The notes: generated by a model from the letters alone, not told the origin. Counted from the stretch's first letter, positions 39,217 through 50,293 are shown. The stretch: DNA of 64,000 nucleotides from Candidatus Heimdallarchaeum endolithica (GCA_021513715.1 CP084167.1:256001-320000), one strand, 5' to 3'. A program made the numbers and translations.

Positions 39217-41169
39217 GTGGAAAAAATGAAAAGATATATCCAGTCTATAATATTAATAGGCATCGTGAGTATTTCATTACTAACTGGGATTTATACAGTT
39301 ATTATCATAAATAACAATAAAACATCACAAGAGTTTAACTGGACTATTCCTTTAAACGCAAGTATACATGGAAATAGTTACAAGATAACTTATTATGTAA
39401 AAATGAATGATGGAGTAAAACTTGCTACTGACTTATATGTTCCAAAAGACATTAATTCTTCATTACCTGTAATTTTTATTAGAACACCATATAACAAAAA
39501 CGAACTTGAAATATTTAGTTTATATGTTGATGAAGATTATGCAATAGTCATTCAAGATTTTAGAGGATATTTTGCTTCTGAAGGAGAAAAAACCATGCCT
39601 TTCTTCCCAGAGAGTGAAGATGGAAAAAAAAGTTTAGAATGGATCAGTTCTCAACCTTGGTGCAACGGAAAAATTGGTACATGGGGGCCTTCAGCTTTAG
39701 CTATAGCACAATATCTATTAGCTCCAAACGCTTCAGAGGAATTGAAATGCCAAGTTCCAATTGTAGGAACACCAGATGTGTATGAAGCTGCTTTCCGAGG
39801 AGGAGCATTAAGATCAGAGTTAATGGTTCCTTGGATGGTAGCTCAAGGATATACTATTGAGGAAATTAACAATTTTGTAGACATGGAAAAGTTGGATAAT
39901 AGATGGGATCCTGTAAGAATAGTAAACAACTATAAAGATATTCACGTTCCAGCAATGCATATTGGAGGTTGGTATGATATATTCACTCAAAATACTATTG
40001 ATGCTTTTATAGGCTATCAAACTCAAGGAGGAGAAGGAGCAGCTGGAAACTCGAAACTAGTCATGGGGCCTTGGACTCATGTAGGTGGTTTTGGCGCTCT
40101 AGCTTCAGGAGAATATAAAGGATTACCTTACATTTATCCCAACCAAAAAGCAGGAATGATAATTGACCTAGGAGATATAGTTTTTGAAAAGTGGCTAAAG
40201 AACAACAGCACTAGATGGGAAAACCTTCCTGATGTTATTTTCTATCTTATGAGTTCTTTACCTTACAATAACAACAAACTTGGTAATAATTGGTACTCTT
40301 CTAACCATTGGCCTTTAGAAACGGAAGAACAGACACTATTTTTCAATAATGATATGAGTTTAAGTACAACACAAGAAGAAAATGAAAATAGCGCGATTTC
40401 TTATTTATACGATCCATTAAACCCTGTTCCAACAGAAGGAGGAGGAAATCTAGCTTTAAAAGCAGGTACTTATGATCAAAGAGACCTAGAAAAAAGAGGA
40501 GATGTACTTACATTTACTTCTGAAACACTCAAAGAACCAGTTACTGTTATTGGCCAAATTAAAGTAATGTTAGAAATATCAACAAATTGTACAGATACAG
40601 ACTTTACAGTCAAACTAACAGATGTTTTTCCTGACAACACTTCAATGCTCATCACCGATACTATAATTAGAGCAAGAAATAGAAATTCATACTCAACATG
40701 GGATTTTCTCGAATCAGAAAAAAGATACATATTAAACATTACATTGGATTCAACTGCCTATGTTTTTACACCAGGACACAAAATAAGACTCGATATTTCA
40801 AGTTCCAATTATCCTCGATTTGAAACTAATCCAAATACAGGAGAACCTTTATGGCAGAATTCAACAACTTATGTTGCAAATAACACTATGTTCATGGCAA
40901 ACAGTAAAGTTATTTTACCTACCTATGATTACGATAAATTAATTCCTTTCAACCCAAATCTTTCAAATTTAAATAGTAATAAAGAATCTAAAGAAATACT
41001 TGTAACAAAAGTGAATAACTATTTCTCTCTAATAGAATCTAATTATAACATCAACTACAAAAGCTATTCTAATAAAATACCTTCTGTGAATCAAATTATC
41101 AAAATTGAAGAACAAAAGGTGAAAATAACTCAAATATTGCCATTATTTGTCAAAAGAATAAAAAAATAA
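39217..41169 (+). CDS. CocE/NonD family hydrolase (peptidase S15), membrane-anchored
   Basis: MNDGVKLATDLY, RTPY, QDFRG..SEG, GTWGPSA, GGWYD, GPWTH, ISSSNYPRF. Confidence 0.92.
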   Translation: MEKMKRYIQSIILIGIVSISLLTGIYTVIIINNNKTSQEFNWTIPLNASIHGNSYKITYYVKMNDGVKLATDLYVPKDINSSLPVIFIRTPYNKNELEIFSLYVDEDYAIVIQDFRGYFASEGEKTMPFFPESEDGKKSLEWISSQPWCNGKIGTWGPSALAIAQYLLAPNASEELKCQVPIVGTPDVYEAAFRGGALRSELMVPWMVAQGYTIEEINNFVDMEKLDNRWDPVRIVNNYKDIHVPAMHIGGWYDIFTQNTIDAFIGYQTQGGEGAAGNSKLVMGPWTHVGGFGALASGEYKGLPYIYPNQKAGMIIDLGDIVFEKWLKNNSTRWENLPDVIFYLMSSLPYNNNKLGNNWYSSNHWPLETEEQTLFFNNDMSLSTTQEENENSAISYLYDPLNPVPTEGGGNLALKAGTYDQRDLEKRGDVLTFTSETLKEPVTVIGQIKVMLEISTNCTDTDFTVKLTDVFPDNTSMLITDTIIRARNRNSYSTWDFLESEKRYILNITLDSTAYVFTPGHKIRLDISSSNYPRFETNPNTGEPLWQNSTTYVANNTMFMANSKVILPTYDYDKLIPFNPNLSNLNSNKESKEILVTKVNNYFSLIESNYNINYKSYSNKIPSVNQIIKIEEQKVKITQILPLFVKRIKK

Positions 41170-41194
41170 GAAGATAATTCTTATTATCCTTTTT

Positions 41195-41989
41195 TTAATT
41201 TAATCCATAATATTTGCGAAGGAGGAATTGTTGGAATTTTCTGGGAAATATGTGTCTAACTACTGTAACCAATATTACTTGTAGTCCTACAATATATCTT
41301 GGTTTTGATCTCTTTGATTTAATAGCTCTTAATATCTTTTTAGCAACAGCCTTGGGGTCTGAGCCTGATTGTTCATCTCTATGCATTTTTTCTATCGCTC
41401 GCTTTGCTTTTTCATTATTTTCAAAACCTTGAGTATAAGTTCTGCTTGAATGAAAATCCGTTTTGGTATCTCCTGGTTCTATTGTACAAACATCTATTCC
41501 TTCATTTACAATCTCCATACGTAAAGAATCAGAATATATAGATAAAGCAGCTTTAGCTGCACTATAGATACCTTGGTAAGGAACAGCCAATCTCCCTGCA
41601 TACGAACTAATATTAACTATCTTACCATACCCTTGTTTTCTCATAATTGGATAAACAGCTTTTATCACACGATGAGGACCAAAAAAATTTGTTTCAAACA
41701 GTTCTATTATTTCTTCTGTTGTAGAATCAATAATTGGTCCACATAATCCATATGCTGCATTGTTAATTAATACATCAATTTTTCCTTCTTTTTTAATAAC
41801 ATCATCAATACAGTTCTTTACTAACTCTTCATTTGTAACATCTAGTAAAAGAACATTATCTTTCACTTTTTCCTCTTTTCTAGTAGTAACATAAACTTTC
41901 ATTCCTTTAGAAGTAAGTAAATCAGCAGTTACTTTACCTATTCCTTTTGTTCCTCCTGTTATCAATACAACTTTATTTTTAATGTTCAT
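41195..41989 (-). CDS. Short-chain dehydrogenase/reductase
   Basis: TGGTKGIG, INNAA, YSAAK. Confidence 0.92.
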   Translation of the reverse strand: MNIKNKVVLITGGTKGIGKVTADLLTSKGMKVYVTTRKEEKVKDNVLLLDVTNEELVKNCIDDVIKKEGKIDVLINNAAYGLCGPIIDSTTEEIIELFETNFFGPHRVIKAVYPIMRKQGYGKIVNISSYAGRLAVPYQGIYSAAKAALSIYSDSLRMEIVNEGIDVCTIEPGDTKTDFHSSRTYTQGFENNEKAKRAIEKMHRDEQSGSDPKAVAKKILRAIKSKRSKPRYIVGLQVILVTVVRHIFPRKFQQFLLRKYYGLN

Positions 41990-42182
41990 TTTTTCAATCT
42001 CATGAAAAAGTAGCTAGTTTATATTTTTTTCTTAGCATTTTTCTTTGTTTTTTATGTAATGCAAAAAGACTTGATTCTAATAAAACTTTTTCAAGCCCTA
42101 AAACGTCAAAATTGAACTAAAAAAAGTGCAGTGCATATTTTTTCAAAATAAGTTTAAATATGTTAAAAAAAATGCAATTGAT

Positions 42183-42200
42183 GTTGAGTGAATACTCAAC
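42183..42200. promoter_or_regulatory. Perfect inverted repeat GTTGAGT-gaat-ACTCAAC (operator or 5'-UTR hairpin)
   Basis: 7-bp arms located between a TATA-like tttaaata (~42153) and the ATG at 42228. Confidence 0.45.
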
Positions 42201-42227
42201 TGATAGAAAGCGAGAAAATGGATTAAA

Positions 42228-43718
42228 ATGAAAAATAAAAAATTATTTATTGGAGCTATAATTGTGTCGCTATTGGTAATTGCAGTACCTACTGTGACAA
42301 ATGCAGAAAACCAATTATTGGATAATAATGCACGAGCAACTCAAGAAACTTACATTCTTGAGAGTAGCCACCCATATAGTAATAACTATGATCATACTTG
42401 GACTATTACTAAACCTGGTGCAACTAGCATTAAAGTTCATTTTACATATATTGAAGTTGAAACTAATTACGACTACTTATATGTCTATGACTATGCAGGA
42501 AATACATTACACAAATTAACAGGAACATATTCAAGTGGAGGGTGGAGTGCAGTTTCTAATGGGGACACAATTAAAATCAGGCTAGTTACAGATTACTCTG
42601 TTACAAAATGGGGTTTCAAGATTGACCTTATTGAATATGAAGGTGGTAGCGGAGGAAGTACTGGCGGAGGAGCTCTAAATAATGGACAAACTGTTACAAG
42701 TAGCTTAAGCGCAACTGGAGATAGCGAAATGTGGTACATTGACGTCGATGCTAATGCAATCAGTATGCATTCTGTTTTAACTTGTGGTTCAGCTGATTTT
42801 GATTTATATGGTAGATTAGGTGCTGAACCTACTACAAGTACTTATAACTGGAGAGGATATACTTATGGAGGAGAAGATGTAACCTATGATAATCCAGGAG
42901 AGGGAAGATGGTATATAATGGTTCATTCATATAGTGGATCAGGTGCTTACGATCTCACCGTTACTGTAGAATACAGTAGTGGAGGAAGCACTGGTGATGG
43001 CGTTACTAATTACTACGCTGTTATCGTTGGAATAAGCGATTATGAGGTGATTAGTGACCTCTCCTACTGTGACGAAGATGCAACAGATTGGTATAACTTC
43101 CTTACAGGAACATTAGGTTGGTCATCAACTAACATAAGAGTTTATGGAGACACAAATTCTGGTAACTACCCAATTTACACAGGTTTAGCTACAGAATTCA
43201 ATGTCAAACAAGCTCTAAACTGGCTAGTTGGCACCGCTGATGCAGATGATGTTATTGCTTACATAAGCTCAGGACATGGTTCTGGAGATGGTTCTGGAAG
43301 CTCTTACTTATGCATGTGGGACTGCAACTCTGGAGAAAACGGTGAAGATGGTAGCCTTTATGATACCGAACTAGCTGCAATACTAGATGATGCAGTAGCT
43401 GAGAAAATATTCGTTTTCTTGGATCATTGTTTCAGTGGCGGATTCGGAGATAACTTAATGAACATGCCCAATAAAAGCAACGTTTACTTAACAACAACTT
43501 GCACAGAAAACGGTTATGGATATGATGATCCTACTCATAACAATGGTGCATGGACATATTACTTCTTGGAATACTCTTGGATTAACTACTATGGAGGATC
43601 TTCCTCTACCGCATTAGAAACAATATTCAGCTATGCCCTCAACGCTTATCCTCACAGTGGTGGAGATACTCCTCAACAATTTGACGGAAACACAGGAGCT
43701 TACTTCTATCTGAACTAA
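42228..43718 (+). CDS. Secreted CUB-PPC-caspase-like (clan CD) peptidase
   Basis: Signal peptide; CUB-like SSHPYSNN..VETNYDYLYVYD..TDYSVTKWGF; PPC DFDLYGR..GRWYIMVHSY; YAVIVGISDY, SGHG, DHCFSG. Confidence 0.85.
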   Translation: MKNKKLFIGAIIVSLLVIAVPTVTNAENQLLDNNARATQETYILESSHPYSNNYDHTWTITKPGATSIKVHFTYIEVETNYDYLYVYDYAGNTLHKLTGTYSSGGWSAVSNGDTIKIRLVTDYSVTKWGFKIDLIEYEGGSGGSTGGGALNNGQTVTSSLSATGDSEMWYIDVDANAISMHSVLTCGSADFDLYGRLGAEPTTSTYNWRGYTYGGEDVTYDNPGEGRWYIMVHSYSGSGAYDLTVTVEYSSGGSTGDGVTNYYAVIVGISDYEVISDLSYCDEDATDWYNFLTGTLGWSSTNIRVYGDTNSGNYPIYTGLATEFNVKQALNWLVGTADADDVIAYISSGHGSGDGSGSSYLCMWDCNSGENGEDGSLYDTELAAILDDAVAEKIFVFLDHCFSGGFGDNLMNMPNKSNVYLTTTCTENGYGYDDPTHNNGAWTYYFLEYSWINYYGGSSSTALETIFSYALNAYPHSGGDTPQQFDGNTGAYFYLN

Positions 43719-43801
43719 TAACTCTTTTTCTTTTTTATTTTTGATTTAAATTATTTCATTTCAAGGAACTGTTTATTATTTTAAAAAGAGAAATTAAGTT
43801 A

Positions 43802-44419
43802 ATGAAAAATAATTCATTATCTTTTAATGGTCTATACACAGTCAAAAAAAAAGATATTAAAAAAGCTTGTACTGTTCTAACAAGAGCTTTTTTTGAAGAC
43901 CCTTTGTTCAGGTACCTATTTCCTAACACCAAAAAAAGAAAAAAAATTTACTACATGTTCTATGTAAGCTTAAACTATGCAATGAATTATGGATACATTG
44001 TTGCTACATCAAAAAAAATTGAAGGTTTGTTGGTTCTAATTCCCCCAAGAAAAAAGAAAGATAACATATTTGCTTTATTAAAGAGTAAAGGATTTATCAT
44101 CCCTTTTATAATGAATTGGAGAAAACCGATGGAAATGCAAAAGTATATTGATGAAATACATGCAAAAGCAATAAATGTTCAGCACTGGTATTTAAATTCA
44201 ATCGCAGTAGATCCTCCGCACCAGAACAAAGGTTTTGCTTCAAAGTTGCTAAGACCTGTTTTAGATTTCTTTGATACACAAAAAGAAATTTGTTATTTAG
44301 AAACAGAAAACGAGAAAAATATTTCACTTTACGAGCACTTTGGTTTCGAAGTAGCTATTTCTGAAAAGATTCCAAATTCAAATGTTCAGGTATGGGGAAT
44401 GATTAGAAAACCTAAATAA
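43802..44419 (+). CDS. GNAT N-acetyltransferase
   Basis: AFFEDP, HWYLNSIAVDPPHQNKGFAS, YLET..NISLYEHFGF. Confidence 0.9.
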   Translation: MKNNSLSFNGLYTVKKKDIKKACTVLTRAFFEDPLFRYLFPNTKKRKKIYYMFYVSLNYAMNYGYIVATSKKIEGLLVLIPPRKKKDNIFALLKSKGFIIPFIMNWRKPMEMQKYIDEIHAKAINVQHWYLNSIAVDPPHQNKGFASKLLRPVLDFFDTQKEICYLETENEKNISLYEHFGFEVAISEKIPNSNVQVWGMIRKPK

Positions 44420-44570
44420 TTTTATTAATTAATTCTTATTTTACTTTAATCGCCAACGATAGAGCTTGCTGTTTTTACTTCGTTCTATAAAGAAAAAATC
44501 AATTGATTGTTTTTAACAAACCAAGTTGAACAATTGATTTAAATATCATTTCTCTTTACTGTATATTTGA

Positions 44571-45638
44571 ATGAACACAAAAACTGACCCAAGAGTTAAA
44601 GAAGCTTACTTATACAAAAAACTCGATGATTCTAAAGTACAATGTCTAACTTGTAACAGATTTTGCATTTTAGAAAAAGGAGAACTAGGTTACTGCAAGG
44701 TAAGAGCGAATTATGAAGGGAAGCTGTATAATATTGAATATTCAGATATTTCAAGCTATAACTTAAATCCAATAGAAAAAAAGCCTGCTTATCATTACTA
44801 TCCAACTTCTACAGCTCTTACACTTGGTTCTTGGGGATGTAATTTTCCTTGCGAATTTTGCCAGAATTTTGAAATTTCAAAACGTCCTCCTCCTCAAGAT
44901 TTTCTTAATTCTAGTTTACTTTCAGTAGAAAGAGTAATTGAAACTATTAGAACGAATCCTGGAATTCAAGGTATTTCTTTTTCTTTCAATGAACCTACAC
45001 TATCATTAGAATATACTGTTGATGTTTTCAAGAATATAGACCCTACCTATTACAAACATTATGTAACAAATGGATATATGTCACCTTATGCTTTAGATTT
45101 ACTCATCGATGCAGGAATGAACGGAATGACAGTCTCTTTTAAAGGACAAAGTGAGAAAATAGAACATATACTTGATGTTAAGCTTGAAAAAATTTGGAAA
45201 AATGTTAAATCAGCTTATCAATCTGATGTTCATATAGAGATCGTTTATTTAGTTATTCCAGAATTTAATGATGAAGAAGAACAAATTATAGAATTCGTAA
45301 AAAAAATAAAAAACAATCTTTCAATTTATACCCCTGTTCATTTTATTAGATACTTCCCACATTACTTGTTTGAAATACCCGCAACGCCAATAGACACTCT
45401 TCAAAAAGTTCATTCTATTGCAAAAAATGAAGGATTAAAGTATGTTTATCTTGGAAATGTCCCTGGTCACCCTCTACAGAATACTTTCTGTCCTAATTGC
45501 GCTGAACTTTTAGTAGAGAGAGATCTTATGTCAGTGACTTATACTAATATGACAGTAGATTTAAAATGCCCTAACTGTTTGGAAGAAATACCTATTTACC
45601 CTTATAGAAGAGTAAACGAAATCAAAAACAAGGATTAA
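44571..45638 (+). CDS. amrS: AmmeMemoRadiSam system radical SAM enzyme
   Basis: VQCLTCNRFC..GYCKVR, PIEKKP, GCNFPCEFCQNFEIS, YLGNVPG..TFCPNC. Confidence 0.9.
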   Translation: MNTKTDPRVKEAYLYKKLDDSKVQCLTCNRFCILEKGELGYCKVRANYEGKLYNIEYSDISSYNLNPIEKKPAYHYYPTSTALTLGSWGCNFPCEFCQNFEISKRPPPQDFLNSSLLSVERVIETIRTNPGIQGISFSFNEPTLSLEYTVDVFKNIDPTYYKHYVTNGYMSPYALDLLIDAGMNGMTVSFKGQSEKIEHILDVKLEKIWKNVKSAYQSDVHIEIVYLVIPEFNDEEEQIIEFVKKIKNNLSIYTPVHFIRYFPHYLFEIPATPIDTLQKVHSIAKNEGLKYVYLGNVPGHPLQNTFCPNCAELLVERDLMSVTYTNMTVDLKCPNCLEEIPIYPYRRVNEIKNKD

Positions 45639-45711
45639 TTTTAACAGATTTTTTTAACAAAACAATTACATCTGAAGAGAATAACTAAAATGAAAAAAGA
45701 AAAAGAGAAAA

Positions 45712-48444
45712 TTAGTAATTTTCTTTCGATTTAGATGGTTGAACAGTTAATACAGAAAAAGTCATTGTTGTCACTATAGCAAATTCTACTTCCCAATCAG
45801 CTTTAGCGGTGAAATTCTCCCAGTAACGTGTTCCATCATAATCATATCTTAACTTATAATCTCCTGCTCCAATTCCATAGAACACTGCCCAACCGCTAGA
45901 GTTAGTAACAACAGATTTTCCTGTATAACTTCCAGTATTAGTGTATAGGTATATTCTTCCGTTATTAACATCAGCACCATTAACTGTTAGATGAACGTAT
46001 ATTGTTCCTCCTCCAATGTTGAACTCTTCAATATAACCGTTTGTTGCAGAGAAAACATCAGACCAGAATCTTTTTGCTAGATAATCTACTCTCCATTTGA
46101 AGTCTCCGTCGCCAATACCTGTAAAGTTCAAGTAACCAGTACCATTTAAGTTTCTGTATATTCCAGTATAACTTCCGCTTGAAGTAAAGAGATAAGCTCT
46201 TGGTCCACTTATATCTGTTCCACTTCCGTCAAATACATGTAGCCAAACTATTCCTCCACCAATATTGAAATCTACAATCTTTCCATCTGTTGCAGTAAAT
46301 ACGTTTGACCAGTATCTTTTTGCTAGATAGTCTGCACGTACTTTGTAGTCAGATTCTCCTATACCTTCAAAAACTCCCCAACCAGTGGCATTAGTATTTG
46401 TATACTTACCTGTGTAACTTCCGCTTGAAGTGAAGAGATAGAGACGTACATTAGCAATATCTACACCGTAAGTATTATTCAGATGGACATATATCGTTCC
46501 TCCACCTAGATCAACATCCACAACTAAACCATCACTGGCTGTAAATACATCGCTCCAGAATCTTTTTGCAAGGTAGTCTACTCTGAACTTGTAGTTTCCA
46601 CTGCTTAATGTTGTAAATGTAGCTATTCCTGAAGAATTAGTATTATTATATGTTCCAGTATAACTTCCACTGGCAGTGAAAACATATACTCTTGTATTTG
46701 CTACAGGTACTCCTCCTGCAGTAACATTAGCATAAATTGTTCCTCCTCCAAGTTCGAAGTGGTAAACCATTGTTTCATTAAAGTAAAAGGCATCAGACCA
46801 GTGTCTATCTGCTTGATAATCTACTCTTAATTTGTAATTGGAAGTACCTATTCCAGTGAATGTTACTATTCCTTCACTATTGGTATTACCATACTTACCA
46901 GTATAACTACCGCTGGCAGTGAAAAGATAAACACGAGCGTTAACTAAAGCATTTCCTGCCACAGTGATATTTCCGTAGAGTGTTCCTCCACCTATAGATG
47001 CATTTACTATTAATCCATTTGAAGCAGTAAATACAGGGCTCCAGAATCTTTGAGCAAGATAATCAATTCTTATTTTATAATCTCCAGCAGCTACAGAGCC
47101 GTAAGTAGCTATTCCACTTGTGTTTGTATTTGCATACTTACCAGTATAACTTCCGCTTGAAGTAAATAAGTATGTACGAGTGTTTCTAATCGGGTTACCA
47201 TCAGCATCAGTTACATTAACATATATTGTTCCTCCTCCGACATTAACATCAATAACTGCTCCGTCTGAAGCTCCAAAGGTTTGACTCCATATTCTATAAG
47301 CCAAGTAATCTACTCTAAATTTGTAGTTTGTTCCCCCTGGAACTGCAGAAAATTCAGCATAACCAGTAGAGTTGGTGTTAGCATATTTTCCAGTATAACT
47401 CCCGCTTTCTCTGAAGAGATAAACTCTTGTATTGGATATAGGATTATTTCCTCCATCAATTACATGAGCATACACTGTACCTCCTCCAGTATCAATTTCA
47501 ACATAAGTAGTATTGGGGAAGTTTATATTTTCTGAATAGTATATTATTCCAGAAACATCTGCTCTAATTTTATATAATCCATCATCAAGAGAATAAGTAG
47601 CTAACCCATCGCTATTAGTATCAGAGTATTCATTTAAATAATGACCATAAGTATCATACAAATAAGTTCTTACTCCACTTAAAGGTGTTGTACCTGACTT
47701 AACTTTAACAGTCAAAGTTCCTCCTGAAATTTCTAAATGCAATTGTGGAGTTCCTGGATGAATAAAAACGTCAGTGGTATAGAATTGCAGTCCTGATTGT
47801 GCTTTAGCATAATAAGTCCCTGGGAATAGATAAGTATTAGAAACACCACTCACAGAAGTTGGTTCTCCCGTATAAGCAAATTCTCCTGTAGAATAGTAGA
47901 AATAGATATTTGAACCTACTACTGGATCACCAGAAGAATCAGTGAATTCAATAGATAATGGTTCTCCTTGTTCAACTGTAATTGTCCCAATTTCCAAACC
48001 TACAATATATTGATCATTTATTAGTGTTAAAATTAGACTTGAACCATCATCTATTTCATCAACATCATCTACAGCTGCTCTCATTCTTAACAGAACACGT
48101 TCATTTACATCTATTGTTCCATTTACATTATCCATTAGCACCCAAGTATAGAAATTAGAGGAACTATCTTTGGAAGCTGCAATAGTTATATTTGTAACAT
48201 TAAACATGCTTCCGCCTATATTTCCAACTTGGACAGTTATATAGTCACATTTTCCATCATTATCGTAATCCATAAACAAAGGTGCTGAAGTCTCATCAAT
48301 GTATAACTCAGGAGCATTTCTTTGATTTACCATTGGAAGTACAACTAGAAAAACAATTGCAGTTGCAGCTAAGGTAAGACCAAGTATCAGAACAACTGCA
48401 ATTACAGGAGAAACTCCTCTCTTCTTCCTAAACATATTATACAC
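45712..48444 (-). CDS. Giant type IV pilin/archaellin-like protein with about nine Ig-like repeats
   Basis: Class III signal RKKRG|VSPVIAVVLIL; ~82-aa repeats GGGTIY..YLFTxSGSYTGKYxNTN..YKxRVDY..RFWS. Confidence 0.85.
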   Translation of the reverse strand: MYNMFRKKRGVSPVIAVVLILGLTLAATAIVFLVVLPMVNQRNAPELYIDETSAPLFMDYDNDGKCDYITVQVGNIGGSMFNVTNITIAASKDSSSNFYTWVLMDNVNGTIDVNERVLLRMRAAVDDVDEIDDGSSLILTLINDQYIVGLEIGTITVEQGEPLSIEFTDSSGDPVVGSNIYFYYSTGEFAYTGEPTSVSGVSNTYLFPGTYYAKAQSGLQFYTTDVFIHPGTPQLHLEISGGTLTVKVKSGTTPLSGVRTYLYDTYGHYLNEYSDTNSDGLATYSLDDGLYKIRADVSGIIYYSENINFPNTTYVEIDTGGGTVYAHVIDGGNNPISNTRVYLFRESGSYTGKYANTNSTGYAEFSAVPGGTNYKFRVDYLAYRIWSQTFGASDGAVIDVNVGGGTIYVNVTDADGNPIRNTRTYLFTSSGSYTGKYANTNTSGIATYGSVAAGDYKIRIDYLAQRFWSPVFTASNGLIVNASIGGGTLYGNITVAGNALVNARVYLFTASGSYTGKYGNTNSEGIVTFTGIGTSNYKLRVDYQADRHWSDAFYFNETMVYHFELGGGTIYANVTAGGVPVANTRVYVFTASGSYTGTYNNTNSSGIATFTTLSSGNYKFRVDYLAKRFWSDVFTASDGLVVDVDLGGGTIYVHLNNTYGVDIANVRLYLFTSSGSYTGKYTNTNATGWGVFEGIGESDYKVRADYLAKRYWSNVFTATDGKIVDFNIGGGIVWLHVFDGSGTDISGPRAYLFTSSGSYTGIYRNLNGTGYLNFTGIGDGDFKWRVDYLAKRFWSDVFSATNGYIEEFNIGGGTIYVHLTVNGADVNNGRIYLYTNTGSYTGKSVVTNSSGWAVFYGIGAGDYKLRYDYDGTRYWENFTAKADWEVEFAIVTTMTFSVLTVQPSKSKENY

Positions 48445-50293
48445 CTCGTCTACTAATTAAGAAGTAACCTAAACCTCCTAATAGAACCACTCCTCCAAGT
48501 GCTCCAAGAAGGATACCTAGTTTAGTCATTGTAGACAATCCTCCTGTAGGAGTATTAGTTTGTATAGGTTCTGTTCCTCCAGTACTAACTGGATTAACTA
48601 ATATAGTAACTGTTTCTTGTTCTGAAGAATCATATCCTGGAAGAGCAGCGTTAATGGTAAAAGTATAATTCTTAGCTGTTGTTACTGTCATATCTTCTGT
48701 TATCCATACAAAAATAACATATCCGGTGGAATTTGTTTCTAAAGAAGCGATCTGGTTTCCACTACTAGCAAAAGAGCCAGCTAAAGCTGTTATAGTTACT
48801 GTAGCTCCTTCTACTCCTTTATCTCCTGCGCTTACATAAACAATAAAGGTTACATTTTCTCCTTGAGTTATAGTTGTTTTATCAGGAGTTGTGATTGAAC
48901 TAAGTTTAAGGATAACAGGGTTTACATGAATATCTATTGAATCTTCTTCAGAGTTATAATATTCTTTAACAATACTTATTGTTATAGGATAATCTTGTCC
49001 ATTTGGTATTGGGGGAGATAAATCAGTTGTATTCCATATTACAGAAGCTATTCCCTCAGATGAGGTGTTAATTTTTGCAGTTATAGCGTCAAAACCCACA
49101 AATTCTCCTTCCATAGCATTAAAAGTAATTTCAGCTTCTTCTACAGCATCACCTAATTCATTAGTCAGAGTTACTGTTAGTTCTACTGGTTCCCCAGCAA
49201 TTATCTCTGAAGCATTGGTAACTAAATCTATCGTAAAGTTATGAACTACTGGATTAACAGTTATTGTTATTTCATTAAGATCCTCTGTTGCTAGAGTATT
49301 ATCAACAGAAACTGTTCCTGAGAGTATAATATCAATAGCATTTGAAACATCAGGAGCTATCCATTCTGTTTCAAATTTACCAGAAGAGTTAGTATATCCT
49401 GTAATATCTTTGCCATCATTAGCAAAATGCCCATCAAGAGCGTCTAACTCCACTTTGGCATTAGAAATAACACCCAAACCTCCCTCTGCAGTAACGACAA
49501 TAGAAACATGCGCTCCTCCTCCAACGTCTGTACTTGAAGCTGTCATGGTTGAACTACTTAAATCAAGTTCATTAACATGAATAGTTCCTGTCAAATCTTT
49601 AGTAGCAGTAGAGCCACTATATGTAATTGATGCTGTAAAGTTAACGTAGTTAAGTTCGGAGACTAAAGTTGTTAAATCAGCGTTCCAAATAACTTGAACT
49701 TTTCCATCAGACCCTGTTTGAACATCTATTTCAAAAGTATCAGAGTCAGGAAAAATACCGTCATCACAAGTTAGATGAACAGAGGCTTCTGCTATAGTTC
49801 CATATGTACCTTTTGCAGTTATTTTAATAGTAGAATTTTGTGTTTCATACACTGGATCTGGGTCAACTGTTATTGTGCTTTCATCAAAAGAAAGTGGATA
49901 AACTGTCACATTTAGTTCTTTTGTAGATGTATCACTTCCAGAAGTGAATACGGCAGTTATTGTAACTTCTTTTTCTTCTATTGCACTTTTAGCTTCAGGA
50001 GCTTTCCAGTCCGCAGAAGCAACACCATTGGTATCTGTAGTTAAGATTATGTACTTCATTTCATTTTCGACAAAAGAGCCTTCTTCTGCTGAGATATTTA
50101 CCTTTACTCCTCCAAGAGCTGTACCTGCTCCATTCTTTGAAGTTACTTTAATAGTTGTTATTTGAAATTCGTAAATATCAGACGGTGAAGCTTGAATTAT
50201 TGAACCTGAAACATCAGCCGCGTAAACAGATCCAGAGAAGATGAGAAAACTAGAAACCACTAAATAGATTAATATAATATTTCCTTTATTCAT
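48437..50293 (-). CDS. Surface protein with invasin/intimin-like Ig repeats and C-terminal TM anchor
   Basis: Signal peptide; about five repeats with TxxxGxAxxxW; T/P linker; TM helix plus RR; overlaps the pilin start. Confidence 0.8.
   Translation of the reverse strand: MNKGNIILIYLVVSSFLIFSGSVYAADVSGSIIQASPSDIYEFQITTIKVTSKNGAGTALGGVKVNISAEEGSFVENEMKYIILTTDTNGVASADWKAPEAKSAIEEKEVTITAVFTSGSDTSTKELNVTVYPLSFDESTITVDPDPVYETQNSTIKITAKGTYGTIAEASVHLTCDDGIFPDSDTFEIDVQTGSDGKVQVIWNADLTTLVSELNYVNFTASITYSGSTATKDLTGTIHVNELDLSSSTMTASSTDVGGGAHVSIVVTAEGGLGVISNAKVELDALDGHFANDGKDITGYTNSSGKFETEWIAPDVSNAIDIILSGTVSVDNTLATEDLNEITITVNPVVHNFTIDLVTNASEIIAGEPVELTVTLTNELGDAVEEAEITFNAMEGEFVGFDAITAKINTSSEGIASVIWNTTDLSPPIPNGQDYPITISIVKEYYNSEEDSIDIHVNPVILKLSSITTPDKTTITQGENVTFIVYVSAGDKGVEGATVTITALAGSFASSGNQIASLETNSTGYVIFVWITEDMTVTTAKNYTFTINAALPGYDSSEQETVTILVNPVSTGGTEPIQTNTPTGGLSTMTKLGILLGALGGVVLLGGLGYFLISRRGV

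Noticed and set aside
44495-44542. caattg-centred palindromes upstream of amrS
   Set aside because: Low complexity and no linked regulator; insufficient support.
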